Source of the DNA: an uncultured Phycisphaerales bacterium
GTDB taxonomy: Bacteria > Planctomycetota > Phycisphaerae > Sedimentisphaerales > Anaerobacaceae
NCBI GenBank assembly: GCA_963718665.1
Contig: OY970359.1
Coordinates: 800,001 to 864,000 of the forward strand
Length of the DNA: 64,000 nt
Direction: 5' to 3'
How positions within the stretch are numbered: the first letter of the stretch is position 1; each line of letters begins with the position of its first letter. The translations under genes were made by a program, and so were the position numbers. Positions 48,898-64,000 of the stretch are shown here, piece after piece. The notes beneath the pieces were generated by a model that was given only the letters and a program-made list of their open reading frames with translations, ran no database searches and had not been told where the DNA came from.

Positions 48898-49371
48898 CTA
48901 CCACGCGAAATGGGCAAACGCCTTGTTGGCGTCCGCCATCTTGTGCACGTTTTCCCTCATCATCATTGCGCCGCCTTTTTTGTTGTAGGCCTCAATCAGC
49001 TCCGCCGCCAGGCGTTCACACATGGGCTTGCCCTTTGCGCCTCTCGACGCATCGAGTATCCATCGTATCGCCAGCGACTGCTGACGCTTCGAGCTTACCT
49101 GCATCGGGACCTGGTAACTTGCCCCGCCGACGCGCTTGCTGCGAACCTCAATCGCCGGCTTGACATTATTCACCGCGGCCTCGAAAACCTCAATCGCCGG
49201 AGCGGCCTTTTCCTTCTCGGCTATTATATCTATCGCATCGTAAAATATCCGCTGCGCAACGCTCTTTTTGCCTGCCCACATCAGGCAGTTGATAAATTTC
49301 CCCGCCAGCCGGCTGTTATATTTGCCGTCGGCCTTCAACTGCTCTTTTGACGCTGTTGCTTTTTTTGCCAT
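48898..49371 (-). CDS. rpsG: 30S ribosomal protein S7
   Basis: [18 protein letters not shown]. Confidence 0.97.
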   Translation of the reverse strand: MAKKATASKEQLKADGKYNSRLAGKFINCLMWAGKKSVAQRIFYDAIDIIAEKEKAAPAIEVFEAAVNNVKPAIEVRSKRVGGASYQVPMQVSSKRQQSLAIRWILDASRGAKGKPMCERLAAELIEAYNKKGGAMMMRENVHKMADANKAFAHFAW

Positions 49372-49413
49372 TCTTTTGTTCCTCGATACCCTTACTCAAA
49401 CCTTAAAAGTAAA

Positions 49414-49785
49414 TTATTTGCCTTTCTTTGCGCCGTATTTGCTTCTGCCCCGCCTGCGATTGGCGACGCCCGCGCAATCCAGCACCCCGCGAATTATATG
49501 GTAACGCACGCCGGGCAAATCACGCACGCGGCCCCCTCGTATCATTACCGTGCTGTGTTCCTGCAGGTTGTGGTCTATTCCCGGTATATAAGCCGTTACT
49601 TCCTTGCCGTTGGTCAGCCGAACACGAGCCACCTTACGCAAAGCCGAATTGGGCTTCTTGGGAGTCATCGTCCGGACAATCAGGCATACCCCTCGTTTCT
49701 GGGGCGACCCGCTTATATCCGACCGTCTTTTCTGGCCCTTTGATTTGGCTCTCGGCTTTCTTACCAACTGGTTCATTGTCGCCAT
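49414..49785 (-). CDS. rpsL: 30S ribosomal protein S12
   Basis: [18 protein letters not shown]. Confidence 0.98.
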   Translation of the reverse strand: MATMNQLVRKPRAKSKGQKRRSDISGSPQKRGVCLIVRTMTPKKPNSALRKVARVRLTNGKEVTAYIPGIDHNLQEHSTVMIRGGRVRDLPGVRYHIIRGVLDCAGVANRRRGRSKYGAKKGK

Positions 49786-49813
49786 AAATCTGTCACTCCA
49801 ACGTCTATAAAAA

Positions 49814-54206
<4,393 letters not shown>

Positions 54207-54275
54207 TTATCTCTGGCTCCTTAATGACACTATTGCCAATATAATCAACAAGGGTTCCCGACACTCTATCGACCT

Positions 54276-57200
54276 TTACAAAGTTACTGTTCCACCCAGC
54301 CGTTTCTTTTCGAGCTGGATATTCAGACCCAGCCCTCTTATTTCATTGCAAAGCACGTCAAACGACAGCGGCGTCCCGGCCTCGAGGGTATTTTGCCCCT
54401 TTACCATCGACTCGTATATCTTGGTGCGCCCCTCAACGTCGTCGCTCTTTACCGTAAGCATTTCCTGCAATGTATAAGCTGCGCCGTAACCTTCCAGCGC
54501 CCAAACTTCCATTTCGCCGAACCTCTGTCCGCCCGTCCTCGCCTTGCCGCCCAATGGCTGCTGCGTTATCAAGCTGTAAGGCCCCGTCGAACGAGCGTGA
54601 ATCTTGTCGTCAACCAAATGATGCAGTTTCATAATATAGATAAACCCAATCGTCGCCTGCTGGTCGAACGGCTCACCCGTCCGCCCGTCATACAACTGTG
54701 TCTTCAGCGACTTGGGAACCCGAACAAAAAGCTCATCGTCCGCGGGGGCATGGCCTGCCTTCTCAAGCTCAACCTTTCGACGAGCCATCAATTCGTTGGC
54801 CTCCTCGGTCAGGTTTCTGATGTCCTGCTCCTTGGCGCCGTCGAACACAGGCGTAACCGCCGTAAAGCCCAGCACCTTCGCTACCCAGCCCAGGTGCGTC
54901 TCAAGAATCTGGCCGACGTTCATTCTGCTCGGCACACCCAGCGGGTTGAGCAGTATGTCAATCGGCGTGCCATCCTCAAGGAACGGCATATCTTCCTGCG
55001 GCAACACCTTCGCGATAACGCCTTTGTTGCCGTGGCGACCTGCGATTTTGTCTCCAATCGACATAATTCGTTTGGTCGCGACATATATTTTGACCATTTC
55101 AATAACACCGCTGGGAAGTTCATCGCCGTGTTTCAGCCGTTCGACTCGCTTTTTGGCTTCCTCATCGAGCGCTTTTATTTTCTCAATGAACTTATCCGCC
55201 AGCTTCTCGACCTTCTCACGCATCGGGGCGGGCTTGACCCATTTTATATCCCAGTTGGTAACCTGCTCGTAAACAACCTCGTCGTCTTCGCTGATGCCTG
55301 CCTTCTGCCTGCTGGACGGGTCAACAATATCGACCTCGAATTTCTCATGAATCGCGGCCACCATTTGCCTGAATATCACGCACTGCTTTGACCGTATATC
55401 TTTTTCAATTTCTCTTATCTGGGCGTTAATCGCCTTTTTGCCCTCTTCGCCGCCTGCTCCTCGCCGCACAAAACGCTCGGTTTTAATGACGACGCCTTCG
55501 TAACCGTTGGGCAGCTCAAGCGAATCATTCTTAACGTCTTCGCCGGCCCTTCCGAATATCGCATGCAGCAGTTTTTCTTCGGGCGTAAGCTCGGTCTTGC
55601 CCTTCGGCACAACCTTGCCCACCAGGATATCGCCCGGCTGAACCCTCGTGCCCTCCTGAACCACGCCGTGCTCGTCAAGATTACGCAGCGCTTTTTCGCT
55701 TACGTTTGGTATGTCGTTGGTGAATTCTTCCTTGCCCAACGGCGTCTCGCGTATCTCGGCGTCAAACTCATTGATATGAATACTTGTGAAGCTGTCATTC
55801 CTGACTAATCGCTCGCTGACAATGATAGCGTCCTCGAAGTTGAATCCTTCGTATGACATAAACGCACAAAGCACGTTCCTGCCTAATGCAAGCACACCGT
55901 TTTCAGTGCCACCGCCGTCAGCCAGCGTCTGGTCTTTCTCAACCTTTTGCCCAAGTTTGACAATCGGTCTCTGATTAAGACACGTCCGCTCATTCAAGCC
56001 GAAGTATTTCTCCAGCTTATATTCATCTGTATGATTAATCACAATCTTAGTGGCATCAACGGCGGTAACTGTTCCCGCCTTTTGCGCCCGCACAACCATA
56101 CTCGAATACCGCCCCGCCATTTCTTCCATACCCGTCTGAACCAGCGGCGCTTCGCACTTCAACAGCGGCACCGCCTGGCGTTGCATGTTCGAACCCATCA
56201 GCGCCCTGTTCGCGTCGTCGTGCTCAAGGAACGGTATCAACGCAGCCGACAAACCTACAATCTGCTTGGGCGAAACATCGACGTAATTCACCTCATCGCG
56301 TCCTACCTGTGCAAGTTCACCCTGCTGTCGTGCCAGCACCATACCTTCCGGTATCCTGTTTGTTTCCGGGTCAACCGCACTTGGCGGAGCGAATATCGCT
56401 TTCATTTCCTCATCCGCCCGCAGGAATGCGACGCTGCCCGTAACCTTGCCCTTGTCAACCTTGTAATAAGGCGACAGCAGGAACCCATACTCGTCAACCG
56501 TGGCAAATATCGCCAGCGAGCTGATAAGACCGATGTTTGTGCCTTCCGGCGTCTCTACCGGGCAAATCCTGCCGTAGTGACTGATATGAACGTCGCGAAC
56601 TTCAAAGCCCGCGCGTCTTCTGTTCAAACCGCCAGGCCCAAGCGCCGACAAACGTCTTTCGTGTGTCAACTGGCTAAGCGAATTGGTCTGGTCAACTATC
56701 TGGCTCAGTTCGCCTCGTCCGAAGAAAAAGTTTATGCTGCTCGATACGCTCTTCGAATTGACAAGGTCCGCTATCCGCAATGGCTGCTCGCCTTCCTTCA
56801 TCGTGCTCATTCGTTCCTGCACGGTCTTGCGAAGCTTCAAAAGCCCCTTGCGAATTTCGCCGCCTGCCAATTCATCAATTGTTCTCAGCCGACGGTTGCC
56901 CAGATGGTCAATATCATCAACCTCGCCCTCGTTGTTCCGCAATCCGATTATATATTTCACCGCATTGATGAAATCCTCGGCCCGCAGCGTCATTTCCGTA
57001 AGGGCAACGTTTTGTCCGAATTTACGATTCAGCCGGAACCTGCCCACTTTGCCTAACCGGTACCGGTTGACATCAAAGAACTTCTCCTCGAAGAATTGTT
57101 TGGCCTTTTCCTGGTTGGCAGGATTGCCGGGCCGTAACCTCACGTAAAACTTCAACAACGCCTGGTCATGATTCTTGCAGTCGTCTTCCGCAAGCGTATT

Positions 57201-58037
57201 GAACACCAGCGCATCACACGACCCTTCGACTATCTCGATTTTCTTTATTTCGCTTTGCTGAATAATCGAAACCTTGTCGCCGATTTGTGCGCCCGCTTTT
57301 ACGATTATCTCGCCGCTTTCGGTATCGACAATATCTCGCACCACCCACATATCAGGCGAAAGCTTGTTCTTCTGCACCTCTTTGGTCTCGTAGAACCGCC
57401 TGATTATCTGTTCTGTCTCGCTGAAATCAGGACTTAACGCTCGCAGGAAAATCGTCGCGGGAATCTTGCTTGACTGGTCTATTTTCACAACCAGAACGTC
57501 TTTGTGTGTAACGCTGATTTCTATCCAGCTTCCGCGTTCCGGGATGATTCTGCCGCCGTGAAGTATGCGGTCGCCTTCTTTGCTCTCTACAAGGAAATCA
57601 ACGCCGGGACTCCTGTGAAGCTGGCTTACGATAACCCTTTCGGCTCCGTTGATAATGAACTCACCGCCGCCGATCATGACGGGTATTTCGCCGAGATATA
57701 TCGCCTGTTCGGCTATGTCCTGTCCGTCCTTGTTGCGAAGCCGACAGGTAATCTTGAGCGGATAACCGTACGTCAGGCGAAGCTGCCTGCACTCGTTTAT
57801 GGTGTACCTCGGCTGCTCAAGCTCATAGTAAAGGTACTCAAGGATTATCCCTTTATCGTAGCTCTCTATCGGGAAGGTCTCCCGAAACAGCTCTTCCAGG
57901 CCCCTGTTCGCACGCTTCGTAGGGACTACGTCCATTTGCAGAAACTCTCCGTAGCCCTTCCTCTGCACGACAACAAGGTCAGGGATTTCGACTTTCTCCC
58001 GCATTTTGCCGAAATTACGAACTTTCAATTCAGCCAT
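54276..58037 (-). CDS. rpoB: RNA polymerase beta subunit
   Basis: [36 protein letters not shown]. Confidence 0.98.
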   Translation of the reverse strand: MAELKVRNFGKMREKVEIPDLVVVQRKGYGEFLQMDVVPTKRANRGLEELFRETFPIESYDKGIILEYLYYELEQPRYTINECRQLRLTYGYPLKITCRLRNKDGQDIAEQAIYLGEIPVMIGGGEFIINGAERVIVSQLHRSPGVDFLVESKEGDRILHGGRIIPERGSWIEISVTHKDVLVVKIDQSSKIPATIFLRALSPDFSETEQIIRRFYETKEVQKNKLSPDMWVVRDIVDTESGEIIVKAGAQIGDKVSIIQQSEIKKIEIVEGSCDALVFNTLAEDDCKNHDQALLKFYVRLRPGNPANQEKAKQFFEEKFFDVNRYRLGKVGRFRLNRKFGQNVALTEMTLRAEDFINAVKYIIGLRNNEGEVDDIDHLGNRRLRTIDELAGGEIRKGLLKLRKTVQERMSTMKEGEQPLRIADLVNSKSVSSSINFFFGRGELSQIVDQTNSLSQLTHERRLSALGPGGLNRRRAGFEVRDVHISHYGRICPVETPEGTNIGLISSLAIFATVDEYGFLLSPYYKVDKGKVTGSVAFLRADEEMKAIFAPPSAVDPETNRIPEGMVLARQQGELAQVGRDEVNYVDVSPKQIVGLSAALIPFLEHDDANRALMGSNMQRQAVPLLKCEAPLVQTGMEEMAGRYSSMVVRAQKAGTVTAVDATKIVINHTDEYKLEKYFGLNERTCLNQRPIVKLGQKVEKDQTLADGGGTENGVLALGRNVLCAFMSYEGFNFEDAIIVSERLVRNDSFTSIHINEFDAEIRETPLGKEEFTNDIPNVSEKALRNLDEHGVVQEGTRVQPGDILVGKVVPKGKTELTPEEKLLHAIFGRAGEDVKNDSLELPNGYEGVVIKTERFVRRGAGGEEGKKAINAQIREIEKDIRSKQCVIFRQMVAAIHEKFEVDIVDPSSRQKAGISEDDEVVYEQVTNWDIKWVKPAPMREKVEKLADKFIEKIKALDEEAKKRVERLKHGDELPSGVIEMVKIYVATKRIMSIGDKIAGRHGNKGVIAKVLPQEDMPFLEDGTPIDILLNPLGVPSRMNVGQILETHLGWVAKVLGFTAVTPVFDGAKEQDIRNLTEEANELMARRKVELEKAGHAPADDELFVRVPKSLKTQLYDGRTGEPFDQQATIGFIYIMKLHHLVDDKIHARSTGPYSLITQQPLGGKARTGGQRFGEMEVWALEGYGAAYTLQEMLTVKSDDVEGRTKIYESMVKGQNTLEAGTPLSFDVLCNEIRGLGLNIQLEKKRLGGTVTL

Positions 58038-58116
58038 TTTTCAGTCCCGAATTAAACGGCAATCGTTAAATTGTCTTGTTTTTTTATTTTTGGCCCTTTA
58101 GGGGCACATTCAATCG

Positions 58117-58527
58117 TTAGGCGATTTCCACTTCTGCGCCGGCGCTTTCGAGTTGTTTCTTGGCGGCCTCTGCCTCGTCCTTGCTTACGCCGGTCTTTAC
58201 CGGTTTCGGTGCGCCGTCAACCAGGTCCTTCGCTTCTTTGAGGCCCAGTGATGTCAATGCTCTGACTTCCTTGATGACCTGAATCTTCTTTTCGCCGGCT
58301 GCCTTGAGGATAACGTCAAACGTGCTCTTCACCGGTGCTGCCTCAGCCGCTGCTGCCGCCGGGCCTGCCATCATTACCGCGCCGCCCGCTGCCGGCTCTA
58401 TGCCGTATTCTTCCTTAAGATAGTCGCCAAGCTCCTTGGCCTGCATCAGCGTCAGCTTTACAATCGCGTCGCCAAGTTTCTTTGTTTCATCGCTCCAGCT
58501 CTTTGCCTGTTTTGTTTCTTCTGACAT
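58117..58527 (-). CDS. rplL: 50S ribosomal protein L7/L12
   Basis: [19 protein letters not shown]. Confidence 0.97.
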   Translation of the reverse strand: MSEETKQAKSWSDETKKLGDAIVKLTLMQAKELGDYLKEEYGIEPAAGGAVMMAGPAAAAAEAAPVKSTFDVILKAAGEKKIQVIKEVRALTSLGLKEAKDLVDGAPKPVKTGVSKDEAEAAKKQLESAGAEVEIA

Positions 58528-58644
58528 GTTCGTTAAACTCCTATATCAATTCGCCCGATGGTAGCCGGAACTACGCCGTCCCGTTTAACCCCGAAAATCC
58601 GGGGGCAGCCGTCTGAGCTGTTTGTATTCGTTTTGAGCCACCCC

Positions 58645-59187
58645 TTATGCGGCCTTGGTCTCCGATTTTTCGCTTTTGTCCACAATCGTCTTTATGCAGC
58701 CGGCGATTCTTCCGGCAGGTCCGCCAATTGCCCCGGCCAATCTCGCGGCCGGCGACTTGGCCAGCATAATAATCCTGCCCTGCAATTCCACCCGGCTCGG
58801 CATCTTTGAAAGCCCCTGTGCCCTCTTGTCATCCAGCGATGCGCCTTCGAGATACGCGCCTTTTATATGAATCGCCTTAACCTTGCCGGTCCAGACGCTC
58901 AATTCTTTTGCGACATCGACTATGCTGTCGCCACCGTACGCGACCACGCAAGGCCCGACGAAAAGCGACAATGCCGATTCCATCTTCAGCTTCGCCAGCG
59001 TCCTTTTCATAAGAGCGTTCTTAACGACCAACAGTTTAATGCCTTTGCTCTTGAGCGCACCGCGCATTACGTTGTTATCAACGCCGTTTACTTTCTGCGT
59101 GCTGATAACGATAAAATCGGTAACCTTTTCGTTAACGATTCTTTTTTCCAGTTCTGAACACAGTAAATCTTTTACGAACTTGCTCAT
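58645..59187 (-). CDS. rplJ: 50S ribosomal protein L10
   Basis: VVKNAL, LSKMPSR; position between rplA and rplL. Confidence 0.93.
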   Translation of the reverse strand: MSKFVKDLLCSELEKRIVNEKVTDFIVISTQKVNGVDNNVMRGALKSKGIKLLVVKNALMKRTLAKLKMESALSLFVGPCVVAYGGDSIVDVAKELSVWTGKVKAIHIKGAYLEGASLDDKRAQGLSKMPSRVELQGRIIMLAKSPAARLAGAIGGPAGRIAGCIKTIVDKSEKSETKAA

Positions 59188-59263
59188 ATTTTCGCCTGCC
59201 TGATTCTTTCACAAACGCGTTATGCACAGCGAATCTCTGCGCACAACCAAAATTCAAATCCGC

Positions 59264-59945
59264 CTATACGACAACCAGCACGCCCGGGCTCATCGCCGCG
59301 TGAATGCTGATTTTCTTTATATAAGTTCCTTTTGAGCTTACCGGCTTAATCCTCTTGATATGCGCTATAACCGCATCGATGTTGTCTATCAGCTTCTGCG
59401 CATCAAAACTCACCTTGCCGACCACAACGTGGACGTTTCCGCCCGTGTCGTTTTTGAATTCGACCTTGCCCGCCGCGAACTCACGCACCGCGGTAGCAAC
59501 GTCGGCAGTTACCGTGCCGTTTTTGGGCGAGGGCATTTTGCCCTGCGGACCAAGAACCCGGCCCAGCTTGCCTACCTTGCCCATAACCTTCGTTGAGGCA
59601 ATCGCCACGTCGAAATCCGACCAACCGCCTGTTACCTTTGCAATCAGCTCGTCCACACCTACCTCGATGGCGCCCGCCTGTTTGGCTGCGTCGGCGTCTG
59701 CTCCTTCGCAAAACGCAATGACTTTCTTTTGCTGACCTATCCCGTGAGGCAGCGATAGCGCGCCGCGTATAATCTGGTCCGACTGCTTCGGGTCGATACC
59801 CAGCCAGAAATATTAACTGGACCGTCTGGTCAAACTTCGTTGAGTTAAACGTCTTAACCTTTGCTACCGCCTCAGCCAAACTAACCGGCGTATCGCTGGT
59901 CTTCTCTGCGTCTTTGCGGTATCTTTTGCCTCTGGTAATCGTCAT
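59264..59945 (-). CDS. rplA: 50S ribosomal protein L1 (1-nt insertion near 59808)
   Basis: KFDQTV in one frame, LGRVLGPQGKMPSPK in the other. Confidence 0.95.
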
Positions 59946-59983
59946 AATTTTATTTCTCGAATCGCCTTTGTTTTACTCTTCTA

Positions 59984-60438
59984 TTAATCTACAACGTCAA
60001 CGCCCATACTGCGAGCTGTCCCGCGGATAATCTTCTCCGCCTGGTCCAAACTGTACGCGTTGAGGTCTTTTATCTTCGCCTGTGCAATCTGCCGAACCTG
60101 CTCGGCTGTTACCTTGCCGACCTTTTCCTTGTTCGGCGTGCCGCTGCCCTTGGCAACGCCCGCTGCCTGTTTCAGCAATACCGCCGCCGGAGGACTCTTC
60201 ACCTCAAAGGTGAACGTCTTGTCCGTATATACGGATATCACCACCGGCACAGTCGTCCCGTTCAACTCTTTTGTCCGCTCGTTGAACTGCGAGACAAACT
60301 GCCCGATATTGACGCCGTGCTGGCCAATGCAGGACCAATCGGGGGGGCCGGGGTCGCCTGCCCGCCGGACGCCTGCAGTTTTATCTTAACCAATAATTCT
60401 TTTACGCCACCTCTTGCTGCCGGTTTTTCCTTTGCCAT
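59984..60438 (-). CDS. rplK: 50S ribosomal protein L11 (1-nt deletion near 60323)
   Basis: KLQASGGQATPAPPIGPAL then GQHGVNI...GTARSMG in the shifted frame. Confidence 0.95.
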
Positions 60439-60481
60439 TATTCAACCTCAAAACACGTCGCACTTCTTCGCCGAACAGGCC

Positions 60482-61024
60482 TTATGCCTTTTCAATTTGC
60501 CAATATTCGATATCCAGCGGAGTGCTTCGCCCGAATATTTCAACAATAACCTTTACAATGCCTCTGTCCTGGTCAATCGCCTCAACTGTTCCCTCGAAGC
60601 TCTCGAACGGACCTTCACGAATCTTAATCTGGTCGCCCTTCTTGAAATCAACCTTGATGCTCGGCGCCTCTTCGGGCTTTTCAACTTCCTGCATCATCTT
60701 GGCGACATCGGTATCCCGCATCGCCGTCGGAACACCTTCTGTCCCGACAAAATCGCCTACGCCGGGAATCTCTTTTATCACAAACCACACTTTTTCCTGA
60801 ACCTTCCCGTCTTCGGCGGTATTCATTTCCATAAAAACGTAGCCGGGGTACAGCTTTCGCTTGTGAACGGTCTGCTTATTGCCGCGAACCTTCTTGACCC
60901 TCTCGACGGGAACTTCTATCCTGCCGATAATGTCCGTCAGGCCGGCCGCGTTGACCTTCTGCGAAAGCACCTCTTTGACGTGCATCTCCTTATTGGATGC
61001 AACTCTCAGCACGTACCATTTCAT
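60482..61024 (-). CDS. nusG: Transcription factor NusG
   Basis: KWYVL, YPGYVF, GPFESFEG, IFGRSTP. Confidence 0.97.
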   Translation of the reverse strand: MKWYVLRVASNKEMHVKEVLSQKVNAAGLTDIIGRIEVPVERVKKVRGNKQTVHKRKLYPGYVFMEMNTAEDGKVQEKVWFVIKEIPGVGDFVGTEGVPTAMRDTDVAKMMQEVEKPEEAPSIKVDFKKGDQIKIREGPFESFEGTVEAIDQDRGIVKVIVEIFGRSTPLDIEYWQIEKA

Positions 61025-61080
61025 TAAAACGCCCCGACTCAATTACAAAAACGGCTTAAAACGGGCTTACGCCCGCGTTT

Positions 61081-61461
61081 TTACTGCACCAACCAGGTAA
61101 CGGACAGCTGTAAAACAAAATCCGCGATGCCCAGCAGCGTCGCCAAGAGAATCACCACCGAAATCACAACAATTGTCGAAACCGTTACTTCCTGTCTTGT
61201 TGACCAGTTTACTTTTTTCATTTCGCCTTCAGCGGCAATCATAAAATCCGCGATGCTTGGCCTGTTCATCAGCCACATAATCAAAACTGACAGGCCGATA
61301 AACAGTCCGACAGGCACCATCGTCGAAACCCACAGGCCGATATCCGCCGCATCGAGCGTTCGATAAAGCTGAAAACACCCTATCGCCACTATCAGCGCAC
61401 CGCTCAGGACGGTAAACATCCGCGTATATTTGCCCTGACCTCTTTTATATACACTCATCAT
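61081..61461 (-). CDS. secE: Preprotein translocase SecE (3-TM form)
   Basis: YKRGQGKYTR, EMKKVNWST. Confidence 0.93.
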   Translation of the reverse strand: MMSVYKRGQGKYTRMFTVLSGALIVAIGCFQLYRTLDAADIGLWVSTMVPVGLFIGLSVLIMWLMNRPSIADFMIAAEGEMKKVNWSTRQEVTVSTIVVISVVILLATLLGIADFVLQLSVTWLVQ

Positions 61462-61579
61462 AATGCACCTGATTCCTTGCCTGAACGCTTTTTTGCCATC
61501 CCTGCCTTGCCCGCCCATAACCTCAATGCTTTATCAGGATAAAAGCGGTAGCTTTCGAGCGTCGGCGACTGGCCCACAC

Positions 61580-61652
61580 CAGGCCAGAAGGGAATCGAAC
61601 CCCCAACCTTCGGTTTTGGAGACCGACGCTCTGCCAATTGAGCTACTGGCCT
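61580..61652 (-). tRNA. tRNA-Trp (CCA)
   Basis: AGGCCAGTAGCTCAATTGGCAGAGCGTCGGTCTCCAAAACCGAAGGTTGGGGGTTCGATTCCCTTCTGGCCTG. Confidence 0.96.
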
Positions 61653-61677
61653 ATCATTGTCTCTGTACCAACCCGTA

Positions 61678-61845
61678 TTACTTACGCTTCAGCTTATGAG
61701 TCGTATGTTTTCGCTCGAACTTGCAGTACTTCTGTAGCTCCAGCTTCGGAGTGCCTTCAGCTACGCTGATATTGGTCCTGTAGTTTCGCTGCCCGCAGTC
61801 CTTGCATTCAAGCCAAACAAATTCTCTTTTACTTTTCTTAGCCAT
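61678..61845 (-). CDS. rpmG: 50S ribosomal protein L33 (not in ORF track)
   Basis: Manual translation MAKKSKREFVWLECKDCGQRNYRT...KLELQKYCKFERKHTTHKLKRK. Confidence 0.95.
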   Translation of the reverse strand: MAKKSKREFVWLECKDCGQRNYRTNISVAEGTPKLELQKYCKFERKHTTHKLKRK

Positions 61846-61877
61846 ACGACCCTGCTGTATTGTCCTTTATTCGTTCA

Positions 61878-63104
61878 CTAACCGATAACCTTGGTTACAA
61901 CGCCGGCGCCTACGGTCCTGCCGCCTTCACGAATGGCGAACCTCAGGCCTTCTTCCATCGCGATGGGCGATATAATCTCGACTTCCATAGCGATGTTATC
62001 GCCGGGCATACACATCTCAGCGGGCTTGCCTTCTCGGCTCTGAATGAGCTTGACTGAACCCGTTACGTCTGTCGTCCTGAAATAGAACTGCGGCTTATAT
62101 CCCGGGAAGAACGGAGAATGTCTTCCGCCTTCTTCTTTCGTCAGGACGTAAACCTCAGACATGAAATGCGTGTGCGGCGTGATGCTTCCCGGCTTAGCAA
62201 TAACCTGTCCGCGTTCGAGGTCTTTCTTTTCGACGCCTCTAAGCAGCAATCCGACGTTATCACCCGCCTGTCCTTCATCCAGCGTCTTGTTGAACATCTC
62301 AACGCCGGTAACTACGGTATTTCTGATTTCCTTTGACAGTCCGATTATGGACATTTCCTCGCCGACCTTGACAATGCCTCTTTCGATCCTGCCCGTGCCT
62401 ACGGTTCCCCTGCCCTTAATGCTGAATACGTCTTCGACGGGCATAAGGAACGGTTTATCAACCTGTCTCTGCGGAATTGGAATATACTCATCCATCGCCT
62501 TGAGCAGCTCAACAATAGGTGCACAAGCGGGGTCATCTATTGACTTGGCGGCAAGGGCCGCGGTCGATGAACCGCGAATAATCGGGGTTGTGTCGCCCGG
62601 AAACTCATATTTATTCAGGAGGTCTCTTACTTCCATCTCAACCAAGTCAACAAGCTCCTTGTCATCGACCAGGTCAACCTTGTTCAGGAACACAACAATC
62701 TTCGGCACGTTTACCTGACGGGCAAGCAGTATGTGCTCGCGGGTCTGGGGCATCGGGCCGTCATAAGCGCTGACTACCAGAATTGCGCCATCCATCTGGG
62801 CGGCGCCGGTTATCATGTTTTTCACGTAATCGGCGTGTCCCGGACAGTCAACGTGGGCATAATGACGATTTTCCGTCATATACTCGACGTGCGCGGTCGC
62901 AATCGTCAATATCTTTGTCGGGTCTCGCCGGCCCTGCGACTCAGAGGCCTTCGCTATATCATCATAGCTCTTAAACTTCGACAAACCCTTCAGTTCCATT
63001 ACCTTCGTCATCGCCGACGTCAGCGTCGTCTTGCCATGGTCGACGTGTCCAATCGTGCCGACGTTGACGTGGGGCTTAGTTCTCTCAAATACCGCCTTAG
63101 CCAT
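61878..63104 (-). CDS. tuf: Elongation factor Tu
   Basis: [31 protein letters not shown]. Confidence 0.98.
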   Translation of the reverse strand: MAKAVFERTKPHVNVGTIGHVDHGKTTLTSAMTKVMELKGLSKFKSYDDIAKASESQGRRDPTKILTIATAHVEYMTENRHYAHVDCPGHADYVKNMITGAAQMDGAILVVSAYDGPMPQTREHILLARQVNVPKIVVFLNKVDLVDDKELVDLVEMEVRDLLNKYEFPGDTTPIIRGSSTAALAAKSIDDPACAPIVELLKAMDEYIPIPQRQVDKPFLMPVEDVFSIKGRGTVGTGRIERGIVKVGEEMSIIGLSKEIRNTVVTGVEMFNKTLDEGQAGDNVGLLLRGVEKKDLERGQVIAKPGSITPHTHFMSEVYVLTKEEGGRHSPFFPGYKPQFYFRTTDVTGSVKLIQSREGKPAEMCMPGDNIAMEVEIISPIAMEEGLRFAIREGGRTVGAGVVTKVIG

Positions 63105-63247
63105 GGTTTTACAAACCTCCTATCATTTGTTTCCTTTTAGTTTCCGTTTACTGTCCTACGCTGTTTTTAAATTTACGTTTTTATAAAATCAACTCACAGC
63201 CGGCCCTGACCACCAAGCCAACACGCCGGCCTGAAAACTCTGCACTT

Positions 63248-63320
63248 AGCTGCTGATGGGATTTGAACCCATGACCTCGTCCTTACCAAGGACGCACTCT
63301 ACCAACTGAGCTACAGCAGC
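63248..63320 (-). tRNA. tRNA-Thr (GGT)
   Basis: GCTGCTGTAGCTCAGTTGGTAGAGTGCGTCCTTGGTAAGGACGAGGTCATGGGTTCAAATCCCATCAGCAGCT. Confidence 0.96.
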
Positions 63321-63725
63321 AGTTTAAACATAATTTCTGCTTGCCCCGTTAGAAATCTGCGGTTCATTATAAAATCCCATATTACAATCTTTTCTAACGG
63401 GGCGAGCGCAAAAATACAGGCAGGAACTAAAAACAGTTCCCACGCTCGGCCGCAGGCCTCTAAAACCACGCCATCCTCTAATTCGGTCGAAACAACGTTT
63501 TGAACAGTGGAACAGTTGACCGCAGTTTCGCATTTTCACCTGCTCAACTGTTCAAATGCTCAACTGCTCTATTGGCCAAAGGCCAATGAGTAGGGTAGTT
63601 TACAAAAAACTGGGGCGTTCTGCAAACACAAAAAACAAAAAAAATAATATTTTTTTTAGACCCCCTCCATCTCCCTGGTTTTCAGATATTACTTTACCCC
63701 CTGACCAACGCTGATATCAGTATTG

Positions 63726-64000
63726 TTATCCGCCCGTATTTGGGTCCTCAGTCAAACCAAACCGTTTACTCCACCGGGCCAGGTTTTGACGCCACAAAGG
63801 CCGCTGATCAGATGCCTTGACCTTCCGCAGCGATTTCAAAACCATATTGGGCTCTGCCCCCCCTGACGGATTATCCAGAAACGCATCTATCGAGCGAACA
63901 ACCGCACTGTCGCCACCTAAGTCCTTTTCCAGTAAGGAATTACCTACAAGCAGTGTCGCCGCCTCCACCTTTGGCCAGCGCAGATACACATTTATTAATT
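63726..64000 (-). CDS. C-terminus of a hypothetical protein (runs off the window end)
   Basis: Open frame to the window edge ending at stop 63726. Confidence 0.55.
   Translation of the reverse strand, partial: LINVYLRWPKVEAATLLVGNSLLEKDLGGDSAVVRSIDAFLDNPSGGAEPNMVLKSLRKVKASDQRPLWRQNLARWSKRFGLTEDPNTGG

Noticed and set aside
58528..58644. GC-rich hairpins between rplJ and rplL as a novel ncRNA
   Set aside because: Short and plausibly ordinary intercistronic structure; cannot be supported without comparative data

Overview
Bacterial window, most likely Planctomycetota of the Phycisphaerae/Sedimentisphaerales type. This is inferred from gene order (tRNA-Thr-tuf-rpmG-tRNA-Trp-secE-nusG, fusA followed by rpsJ), the missing rpmD and a dockerin-like 'D..LA..WL' C-terminus. 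The right half (29.8-64 kb, minus strand) is the core tuf-rif-str-S10-spc-alpha supercluster ending at HIT and tRNA-fMet. Its notable oddities are an XRE/HTH-like domain fused to L22 and a ~420-nt S10 leader. The left half (0.6-29.8 kb) is an accessory region directly downstream of tRNA-fMet. Its unrelated modules are VanZ, an ECF/anti-sigma pair with a minimal T2SS/pilin cluster, secreted proteins, an S8 protease, a two-component system flanked by ArnE/F-like, B12 radical SAM and ArnT-like genes, and YncE with a MacB-like permease. These modules are punctuated by 11 co-oriented copies of a ~190-bp element with terminal inverted repeats, a leftward sigma70-like promoter and an RBS. The region also holds tRNA-Val and tRNA-fMet 3' remnants, a 172-bp direct repeat and a defective IS with related ends. 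Together this looks like a repeat-delimited cassette array or integration hotspot, with no integrase visible in the window. Single-base frameshifts in several essential genes point to sequencing indels.
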